From Candidatus Bathyarchaeum sp. (lineage in GTDB: Archaea; Thermoproteota; Bathyarchaeia; Bathyarchaeales; Bathyarchaeaceae), in assembly GCA_026014495.1 (NCBI GenBank), contig JAOZIF010000105.1:1-13484 (forward strand): a DNA stretch of 13,484 bases, read 5' to 3'. The notes beneath the pieces are model-generated. The model was not told the DNA's origin, did no database searches, and was given only the letters and a program-made list of their open reading frames with translations. The position numbers were made by a program, and so were the translations under genes. This document shows positions 1-6,440 of this stretch, one piece after another; position 1 is the first letter of the stretch; each line of letters opens with the position of its first letter.

Positions 1-116
1 AGACAGTTTCATAATGAAAGAGAAAAAAGAGTATTCTGAATAGCAGTTCTGATTGTGGATACTGATTTTTTCTTCATAACGCTTATCCGAAATTCTAGTC
101 CATAACCTAACTCCAA

Positions 117-311
117 GTGTACGTTGGAGTGTGGGAAAATTTGGGAATATTGAAGCGAAAAACTTCGTCTAATCGGCGATGTATGGTTTGTAAAGAAGCT
201 ATTATTTCATCAAGACTTTATTGTGACCGACTTGGCGAATACGTGGACGATCTTGTTTACTGTCCATACTTTGAACCAAAACCCGTGGTTAAACTGCAGG
301 CTGTAATGTAG
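117..311 (+). CDS. Small Cys-rich putative metal-binding protein (C-x2-C-x10-C-x12-C); true start may be TTG at 141 or 150
   Basis: ORF encodes RRCMVCKEAIISSRLYCDRLGEYVDDLVYCPYFEP with four spaced Cys. GGAG at 126-129 precedes in-frame TTG codons. T-tracts follow the stop. No family recognised. Confidence 0.55.
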   Translation: MYVGVWENLGILKRKTSSNRRCMVCKEAIISSRLYCDRLGEYVDDLVYCPYFEPKPVVKLQAVM

Positions 312-329
312 TTAGTGTTACAGTTTGCT

Positions 330-395
330 GCTTTTCTCCCTTTTTTGATGTTTTTCTTCTTTACTAGTTAACTTTTTGTGTATCAGTCTTTTTTG
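330..395 (+). terminator. Oligo-T tracts, probable archaeal intrinsic terminator of the small Cys-rich gene
   Basis: Several T runs (ttttctcccttttttgatgtttttcttcttt, then more T5-T6 runs) start about 20 nt after the TAG at 311. Confidence 0.4.
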
Positions 396-420
396 TGGGC
401 ATGTTTAGCTGGTTGTTTGC

Positions 421-436
421 CTCAAGACTTATTAAC
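421..436 (+). promoter_or_regulatory. Putative BRE/TATA promoter of the methanopterin biosynthesis operon
   Basis: ctcaagac-TTATTAAC (TATA-like at 429-436) is the best AT-rich TATA-like element upstream of the first operon gene. Confidence 0.5.
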
Positions 437-439
437 TAA

Positions 440-455
440 GTGAAAAAAATTACAC
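440..455. promoter_or_regulatory. Palindromic operator-like site GTGAAA-AAAA-TTACAC (copy 1)
   Basis: One mismatch from the perfect palindrome GTGTAA-N4-TTACAC. Lies 3 nt downstream of the TATA-like element. 15/16 identical to the site at 5302-5317 when both are read in their genes' direction. Confidence 0.65.
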
Positions 456-517
456 TCGGTTGAGATGTGCTGTGGCTGTACAAGAATCTACTCCTTTCAG
501 TTTAGTTTTGAGTTCTG

Positions 518-544
518 ACTTCCAAAGTTATGTTGTTTGGAGGT
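518..544 (+). promoter_or_regulatory. Predicted 5'-UTR hairpin sequestering the Shine-Dalgarno of the first operon gene
   Basis: ACUUCCAAA (518-526) pairs with UUUGGAGGU (536-544): 8 Watson-Crick pairs plus 1 G-U, with a 9-nt loop. The 3' arm contains GGAGGT of the RBS. Pairing done by eye. Confidence 0.35.
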
Positions 545-550
545 GCTCCA

Positions 551-1216
551 ATGACTGATTTATGTGATTTAGGATTTGTTAAAGATGCAATCGGAGAGAC
601 AATTGTTTCTACGTATACTTTGGATATGCAACCGACTGCTGCACCCATGGGTGTTGTGATAAAAAACAATAAGCAACTACTTGTTAGGCCATATGTTTCT
701 TCTTTAACTTACAAGAACCTTCAAGCATCACGATGTGCTGTGGTAAATGTTACATCAGACCCAGAATTGTTTTACCTGACCGCTTTCAAAGAAGCAAATT
801 CTGGCGGCAAACTGCCTTGTGGGTTTTTCGAAAAAGCAGAGAGTGTTGCTGCTCCAAGATTACGGACGGCAAATGCTGTTATTGAGGTGCTTGTTACGAA
901 AGTGGGTTCTTTTAATTCTGAAAGAGCAGAGTTTTTGTGTGATGCCCAGCTTGTTGCAGCATCAAAGGCGTTACCTACTGTGTATTGCAGGGCTCAGTTC
1001 GCGACAATTGAAGCAATAGTTCATGCTACCCGCATCAAGCCCTTTTTGAAAGGCAGTAAAGAAGAGCAAGAACGTGCGCTTAACCTATTAGAGTTGGTTA
1101 ATGTTTGCCAAGATGTTGTTGACCGTACAGCTCCTAATTCGCGTTACTCTGAACTTATGGCTGATTTAAGTCAAAGAATCAATTCATGGAGGAACCAAAG
1201 TGAAAGTTTACGTTAA
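551..1216 (+). CDS. DUF447 family protein (FMN-binding split-barrel-like), associated with methanopterin biosynthesis
   Basis: Motifs ETIVST..PTAAPMGV, TYKNL..AVVNVTSDPELF and RAQFATIEAIVHATR match my recollection of DUF447. Start moved from 530 to the in-frame ATG at 551 because GGAGGTG (539-545) lies 5 nt upstream. Confidence 0.85.
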   Translation: MTDLCDLGFVKDAIGETIVSTYTLDMQPTAAPMGVVIKNNKQLLVRPYVSSLTYKNLQASRCAVVNVTSDPELFYLTAFKEANSGGKLPCGFFEKAESVAAPRLRTANAVIEVLVTKVGSFNSERAEFLCDAQLVAASKALPTVYCRAQFATIEAIVHATRIKPFLKGSKEEQERALNLLELVNVCQDVVDRTAPNSRYSELMADLSQRINSWRNQSESLR

Positions 1217-2165
1217 AACTCCAGCAAGGCTGCATTTTGGTCTAATAGACCTTAATGGAGACATGGGACGATTCTTCGGAGGCTTAGGCGTAGGCATAGA
1301 CCAGCCAAATGTGGTTCTTGTGGCTCAAGTATCCGAAAGTTTTTCTGTTACCGGCAAAAAAACTGACTTAACATCATTGCTTGCTAAACGGTTTCTTGAA
1401 TCTTACAACATAAACGCCAACGTTAGCATCAATGTAAAACAGGTAATTCCTGAACATGCAGGACTAGGCTCTGGAACACAGTTGGCGTTGGCTGTAGCTG
1501 CAGCTCTTGCTAAACTGTTTCAGGTAAACGCTTCAACTCAAGAACTATCCCTTACCATGGGAAGAATGAAACGAACTGGAGTTGGCACCGCAATATTTGA
1601 GCACGGCGGCTTTGTTGTTGATGGCGGAAAAACAATGAAAGACGGAGTTGTGGTTCCCGAAAGTTTGCCTCCCCTGATTTTCCGTTACCCCTTCCCTGAG
1701 GACTGGAAATTTGTTGTTGCAATGCCTGACGTGAAAAAAGGACTAGCCAAAACTGAAGAGAAGACAGCTTTTGCTAGTGTGCCTCAGATGCCTGCTGAAC
1801 TTGTTGGCAGAATCTGCTGGTTGACAATGATGAAGTTGCTGCCTGCGTTAGTGGATTGTGACATCAAAAGTTTTGGTGATGCTTTAACCACAATTCAAGT
1901 AGTTGTTGGGGACTACTTTGCTGGTGTTCAAGGAGGAACCTTTTCCAGTTTGGCAGCTTCAGCAGGGATAGATTTCATGAAAGCATGTGGTGCCTATGGT
2001 GTAGGGCAGAGTTCTTGGGGACCTGCAGTTTATGGGCTAGTTCAAGGTGATACACAAGCAAAAAAACTTCACTCTGAAGTTGAAGCTTTCCTTCAAGACA
2101 ATGGGGGTGGACAAGTTTTTGTTGCCAACCCAAATAACAGTGGAGCCACAATAAAGCAGGTTTAA
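1200..2165 (+). CDS. mptG: Beta-ribofuranosylaminobenzene 5'-phosphate (RFA-P) synthase, GHMP-kinase fold
   Basis: TPARLHFGLIDL..GR.FGGLG, PEHAGLGSGTQLALA, GVG..IFEHGGFVVDGG and GQSSWGPAVY are the family motifs. GTG start with GGAGG at 1188-1192; overlaps the upstream gene by 17 nt. Confidence 0.93.
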   Translation: MKVYVKTPARLHFGLIDLNGDMGRFFGGLGVGIDQPNVVLVAQVSESFSVTGKKTDLTSLLAKRFLESYNINANVSINVKQVIPEHAGLGSGTQLALAVAAALAKLFQVNASTQELSLTMGRMKRTGVGTAIFEHGGFVVDGGKTMKDGVVVPESLPPLIFRYPFPEDWKFVVAMPDVKKGLAKTEEKTAFASVPQMPAELVGRICWLTMMKLLPALVDCDIKSFGDALTTIQVVVGDYFAGVQGGTFSSLAASAGIDFMKACGAYGVGQSSWGPAVYGLVQGDTQAKKLHSEVEAFLQDNGGGQVFVANPNNSGATIKQV

Positions 2166-2196
2166 CGTTAGATTCACTATAGATGGATGGTTGAGT

Positions 2197-2922
2197 ATGG
2201 CTGTGCAAATTGCTTGGGCGATAACTGGAGCTGGTCACTTCTTGGCGGAAACCTTTGAGTTAATGACCAAGTTAGCTAAAAACAACAAGATTACAGTAAC
2301 AACATACCTGTCTTCGGCGGGGGAACAGGTAGTGAAAATGTATGGGTTATGGAACAAATTTGAACAGATATCTTCTGGTGGTTATCTTCAAGAAATTTTT
2401 ACCGAAAACAACCAAGACTTAGGGTTCTCGCATGCAGGGCGATTCATTGTAGAACCGTACGCGTTGCTTGTTGTTTCTCCTGCGAGTGCAAATACAGTTG
2501 CAAAGATTGCATGTGGCATAGCTGATACCCTTGTGACTAACGTTGTTGCTCAGGCACAAAAAGGGGGCGTTCACGTTTATGTTGTGCCAACTGACCAAAA
2601 AGAAGGCTTTGTTGAGACTGTGCTGCCTTGTCGAGTTGACCGCGCAAGTTGTAAACAGTGTAGCCCCTGTTCTATAGTTGATGTTTGCCCAAATTCTGCT
2701 GTGCAACTCTTGGATGGTTTTCCAAAGATTAATTCAGTGTTATGTCAAGGCTGCGGTTTGTGCGTAACCTCTTGCCAGTTTGGAGCGGTCAAATTTGGCG
2801 AAAAAAAGAGAATTTGGATTAGAAGTGTTGACGCCCACAATGTTGATAAGTTGCGGTCTATGGCTAACTTGACTGTTTTGGAGCATCCACAACAAATACA
2901 AACAATAATTGCAAAACTATGA
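2197..2922 (+). CDS. dmrX: Dihydromethanopterin reductase-type iron-sulfur flavoprotein (archaeoflavoprotein AfpA/DmrX family)
   Basis: Flavoprotein motifs IAWAITGAGH and VSPASANTVAKIACGIADTLVTNVVAQAQKG, plus PTD. Inserted 2x[4Fe-4S] domain with CxxCxxCx5CP and CxxCxxCxxxC. Start at ATG 2197 or TTG 2191. Confidence 0.85.
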   Translation: MAVQIAWAITGAGHFLAETFELMTKLAKNNKITVTTYLSSAGEQVVKMYGLWNKFEQISSGGYLQEIFTENNQDLGFSHAGRFIVEPYALLVVSPASANTVAKIACGIADTLVTNVVAQAQKGGVHVYVVPTDQKEGFVETVLPCRVDRASCKQCSPCSIVDVCPNSAVQLLDGFPKINSVLCQGCGLCVTSCQFGAVKFGEKKRIWIRSVDAHNVDKLRSMANLTVLEHPQQIQTIIAKL

Positions 2923-2940
2923 ACAGATTAGGTGTTGCCC

Positions 2941-4503
2941 TTGAAGGTGTTGCTGATAACTGGAGTCCTTGCACAGGACATAGTGAAACGTTATGCCCAA
3001 CAAAGCAGCATAGAAACCAAAGTCCTTGCTTTACCTATTCAAGTTGCTGCGCTACTAAAAATGCCAAACATTGCACAAGAACTAAAAAACAGGAACATAA
3101 ACGGCTTTGACGCCATCTTGGTTCCCGGACTAATCCGTGGCGACACTTCAGTTATTGCAGCTGCTACACAAATTCCAACATTCAAAGGTCCAAGATACGC
3201 CGCTGATTTGCCTACCGTCTTGGATTCCATGGGCAAAGTTGAGCTTTCAACAGTAACACCTGCTTGTGATTTGCTCAGAGAAGAACTTCAACGAAAAGCA
3301 CTACAAGAACTGGAACTTGCAGAGAAAAACTGGAAAACATTACTAAACAACCCCGGAAACATGGCTATCAAAAACTTGGTTTTTGGCAAAGATTTTCCAA
3401 TGCGCGTTATGGCTGAAATCGTTGATGCTCCTTTGATGGAATCTGACGAAATTCAAAGACTTGCTAAACGTTACGTGGAGCATGGCGCAGACATTATCGA
3501 TGTTGGTATGATTGCAGGTGAACCCAGACCAGCAGATGCTAAACGTGCTGTTGAGGCAGTTAAGGCTGTTGTAGATGTGCCTGTCAGCATTGACACACTT
3601 GACCCTGTTGAAGCAAAAGCCGCCGTTTCTGCTGGCGCAGACTTAATCTTGAGTGTAGATGCTGGAAACGTTGAAGAGATTGCAGCTTTTGCTTCTGATG
3701 TGGCTGTGGTTGCTATTCCAACTAATCAGCGTGAAGGATACTTCCCCAAAGAAGTGGCTGAGCGCGTGGCTTTTCTTGAACAGATTATAGCCCGAGCCAG
3801 AGCGCTGGGAATAAAACAGATTTTGGCTGATTTGATTCTTGAGCCGTCAAATGTTTTGCGGTCGTTTATTGCTTTTGGTGAGTATGCAAAAAGAAACCCT
3901 GATGTTCCCCTGTTTATAGGTGCCACCAACTTCACGGAGTTGATAGATGCCGATTCTGTGGGCGTTAACGCGTTGCTTGCTTGTTTGTCGTCTGAGGTTG
4001 GAGTGAGCATATTGTTGGCTACCGAGAAAAGCTCCAAAGCAAAAGGGACAGTCAAAGAACTTGTTACTGCGTCTAAGATGATGTTTTTGGCTAAAAAGCG
4101 GGACTCTGTTCCTAAGAATCTTGGTTTAGACCTTCTTGTGTTAAAAGATAAACGGTTGCGTGCTGAACCTTACGACGCCAATGTTGAGTCAGATGCACAA
4201 CTAGTATATGCAGATGAAAATCTTAAACCCGAAGTTTTAGACGAAAAGGGAATCTTCAAAATCGCAGTGGACCACATTAGCGGAAACATTGTTGCTCTTC
4301 ATCTTGTTGACAACCAACAGGACAAGCCAACTGTTGTGGTTAAAGGCAAAACCGCCGAGAATGTGTATTCCAAAATTGAGGACCTTGGTTTGTTAACGCG
4401 ACTTGACCATGCTGCCTATTTGGGGCGTGAATTGGCAAAGGCTGAGGTTGCCTTGCTGACTGGAAAAGAGTACATCCAAGATAGCCCATTATTCAAGGCT
4501 TGA
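2941..4503 (+). CDS. Dihydropteroate synthase-like protein (MJ0107/TIGR00284-type; pterin-binding TIM barrel plus C-terminal DUF4346-like domain)
   Basis: N-terminal KVLLITG.LA and TFKGPRYAADLP; barrel motifs AEIVDAP, GADIIDVG and PVSIDT; C-terminal DHAAYLGRELAKAEVAL..GKEYIQD. Start probably TTG 2941 (AGGTG at 2930-2934) rather than GTG 2932. Confidence 0.88.
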   Translation: MKVLLITGVLAQDIVKRYAQQSSIETKVLALPIQVAALLKMPNIAQELKNRNINGFDAILVPGLIRGDTSVIAAATQIPTFKGPRYAADLPTVLDSMGKVELSTVTPACDLLREELQRKALQELELAEKNWKTLLNNPGNMAIKNLVFGKDFPMRVMAEIVDAPLMESDEIQRLAKRYVEHGADIIDVGMIAGEPRPADAKRAVEAVKAVVDVPVSIDTLDPVEAKAAVSAGADLILSVDAGNVEEIAAFASDVAVVAIPTNQREGYFPKEVAERVAFLEQIIARARALGIKQILADLILEPSNVLRSFIAFGEYAKRNPDVPLFIGATNFTELIDADSVGVNALLACLSSEVGVSILLATEKSSKAKGTVKELVTASKMMFLAKKRDSVPKNLGLDLLVLKDKRLRAEPYDANVESDAQLVYADENLKPEVLDEKGIFKIAVDHISGNIVALHLVDNQQDKPTVVVKGKTAENVYSKIEDLGLLTRLDHAAYLGRELAKAEVALLTGKEYIQDSPLFKA

Positions 4504-4507
4504 TTTG

Positions 4508-5275
4508 TTATTCTTCTGGAAGTAAGAACGTTTTTTTGAGGACTCTTAGTAGGGGGGTGCCAACTATTGTTGCTAATGCAATTAAGCCCAGCCTTTCTAC
4601 GGGGTATACAAGGAATATGCTTGGCCATATGAACATGTGATATGTTTCAAAAGATATTGAACCTAGGGGTTGAGCCATTATTGTTTCGAACAGCAGATTT
4701 CCCATTAAGTGCTGCATCATGGTTCCGATGAAAACTAGTAGTGCTATTCCTGTTGCGGTTTTTGTTGTGTTGTTTGTGGTTACCCAGTGGGCTGCTTTTC
4801 GTCCCAGTGGCGATATAAGAACTGCCAGTGCTACGATATGTAACCAAGCAAACGGAAGTGCGATTGTTGTCTCCCCTAAGGAGAAGTCTATGAGGACACT
4901 TGTGTTTGGGTGTATGAGAAACACTGCGAGCAAGGTGACATTTATTGCGATTACGTGTACCCATTTCTTTTTTATTAGTAATCCTAGCGATACTGCGCCT
5001 ATTGTGGCGGGTAGAAAGTCGAGGAACATGAATGAGACTGGTTTTCCCATTGCCATTGCTAAGAATGTGCCTATGGTTGTGCTTAAGCCGCCGATGTATG
5101 GTCCTAGTATGATTCCGTAGATGGGGGCGATGACGTCTGATAGTGAGAATGAAGCATTTGAGGCGCCTATCATTGGTACGGTGGGTATTATTCTGAGTAC
5201 GGCGTATAGAGCGGTGAATATTGCGACTAGTGCTATTGTTTTTGTGTTTGTGGCTTGTTTTAGTATGTTGCTCAA
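4508..5275 (-). CDS. ECF-type transporter substrate-binding (S) component-like membrane protein
   Basis: At least 6 hydrophobic segments. N-terminal helix IALVAIFTALYAVL contains AxxxA; then GIILGPYIGG...IG; late HLMGNLLF and ER motifs. TTG start with GAGG upstream. No ECF T or ATPase genes in the window. Confidence 0.72.
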   Translation of the reverse strand: MSNILKQATNTKTIALVAIFTALYAVLRIIPTVPMIGASNASFSLSDVIAPIYGIILGPYIGGLSTTIGTFLAMAMGKPVSFMFLDFLPATIGAVSLGLLIKKKWVHVIAINVTLLAVFLIHPNTSVLIDFSLGETTIALPFAWLHIVALAVLISPLGRKAAHWVTTNNTTKTATGIALLVFIGTMMQHLMGNLLFETIMAQPLGSISFETYHMFIWPSIFLVYPVERLGLIALATIVGTPLLRVLKKTFLLPEE

Positions 5276-5300
5276 TTGGTTTCCCTCATTTGTATGTCGT

Positions 5301-5318
5301 TGTGTAATTTTTTACACA
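5301..5318. promoter_or_regulatory. Perfect palindrome TGTGTAA-TTTT-TTACACA (operator-like, copy 2)
   Basis: 7-bp perfect arms with a 4-nt spacer, read directly. Lies between the TATA box (5333-5340) and the start codon (5275), over the expected transcription start. Confidence 0.7.
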
Positions 5319-5332
5319 GTGTATCTTTTGGT

Positions 5333-5348
5333 ATAATTAAGCTTTTTC
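5333..5348 (-). promoter_or_regulatory. BRE/TATA promoter of the S-component gene
   Basis: Minus strand reads GAAAAAGC-TTAATTAT, a purine-rich BRE followed by a TATA box. Confidence 0.65.
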
Positions 5349-5413
5349 CCAATAACTGTGTCAAAAAACAAGCAACTTCACAAAATACCTTGCTCTACAA
5401 AGGCACGGTATCT

Positions 5414-5426
5414 CGAAAGTTTTAAG
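5414..5426 (+). promoter_or_regulatory. BRE/TATA promoter of the 82-aa membrane protein gene
   Basis: CGAAAG-TTTTAAG about 43 nt upstream of the TTG at 5469; GAGG RBS at 5455-5458. Confidence 0.55.
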
Positions 5427-5468
5427 TGCAAAGGGAGTTAAGCCTCTTATGTTTGAGGCGAAAAACAG

Positions 5469-5717
5469 TTGAGAAACAGGTCTTTAGGTGCACTGCTCTT
5501 CGCGTTAGCATTACTTGGCATGGTTGGCTATTTTTGGCTGCTCTTCTTGACTCCACAAGATGCAGTTTTCTTGGAAAAAAGCGTAAGCGAATGGGCACTA
5601 ATTATTCCCATTGTAATAATAGTCTATGCGGTTCTTATTGTGGTGGCATGGATTGGCTGGGCTTTGGCTTCCACGGCGCCTCCTCTTCCGGTTACTGTTG
5701 AAGTTTCTGATGAATGA
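5469..5717 (+). CDS. Small two-TM conserved archaeal membrane protein
   Basis: Two hydrophobic helices and a C-terminal AWIGWALASTAPP motif, resembling the WIGYTLATTPPP motif I recall from a TACK-archaeal family. Has its own promoter and RBS. Confidence 0.75.
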   Translation: MRNRSLGALLFALALLGMVGYFWLLFLTPQDAVFLEKSVSEWALIIPIVIIVYAVLIVVAWIGWALASTAPPLPVTVEVSDE

Positions 5718-5739
5718 GAAAAAACAGGACGATATTTTC

Positions 5740-6372
5740 CTATTTTCTTGTTTTAAGTAAGATTGCTAAAACAGCGCCTATTGTTACAGCAAGCAATACA
5801 ATAGGGAAAATTGGGTCTATCCCAAAGGCTTGACTTTGCCAGATGTTTGTGTTTTCTGCTTTTGTAGTGATGGTGAAGTCTGAATATGTTGAGGTTGCTT
5901 CAAGTAGAAAGCCTGTGGCTTGGTCCCAGTAGAACATGTTGTGTGTTGTGGTTGCAGTTACAACTGTCCGTTTTGCGTCTGCGTATGTTCTTTCTTCAAC
6001 TGCGCTGATTGTTATGGTGCCTTCGGTTTGTTCTATGAATGTGTCTGTGTTACTCAGGTTTGCGGGGATGATGAATGAGTCTCCGATTTGTCCTGTTTGA
6101 AGGTTCAGGGTTGTGGTGTCTGTTGTCTGTGTTCCATTAGGGTATGTCGATGTGAGTTTGATGTCAATTTGTGTTCCGTCAACTCCAGTAACTTCAATTT
6201 TTGCACTGTCTACGTTGTGTTCGTCTGGAACGTTTCCCGTGCAGGTTACCTGATACTCTATCACGTCACCTTTTGTTACGCCCACTGAAATCTCAGCTAA
6301 CACGCATGCCGGAAATATCATGCCAAAAAGAACTGCTAAACAAATTATATATGATGCATTTTTTTTCATCAT
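5740..6372 (-). CDS. Secreted, C-terminally membrane-anchored hypothetical surface protein
   Basis: Signal peptide (MKK+hydrophobic+VLA), GV.KGD.IEY start of the mature domain, Thr-rich beta-type body with YWDQATGFLLE, and a C-terminal TM helix plus basic tail. GGAG RBS upstream. Confidence 0.8.
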   Translation of the reverse strand: MMKKNASYIICLAVLFGMIFPACVLAEISVGVTKGDVIEYQVTCTGNVPDEHNVDSAKIEVTGVDGTQIDIKLTSTYPNGTQTTDTTTLNLQTGQIGDSFIIPANLSNTDTFIEQTEGTITISAVEERTYADAKRTVVTATTTHNMFYWDQATGFLLEATSTYSDFTITTKAENTNIWQSQAFGIDPIFPIVLLAVTIGAVLAILLKTRK

Positions 6373-6440
6373 ATATTCTCCTATTAATTGTTATTTTTCT
6401 TTAGTTTTATGCGTTACGGAAGAACATTACTCCGTCCTTG

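Noticed and set aside
1-42. Possible 3' end of an upstream CDS (frame 1 ends TGA at 39; frame 2 ends TAG at 43)
   Set aside because: Too short to choose a frame or recognise a product.
530-550. ORF-track start of DUF447 at ATG 530
   Set aside because: The strong RBS GGAGGTG lies inside this extension, 5 nt before the in-frame ATG 551, which is the better start.
819-4628. Alternative-frame and antisense ORFs inside the operon (819, 1975, 2419, 2919, 3039, 3726, 4416)
   Set aside because: They overlap well-supported genes and have no motifs; typical shadow ORFs.
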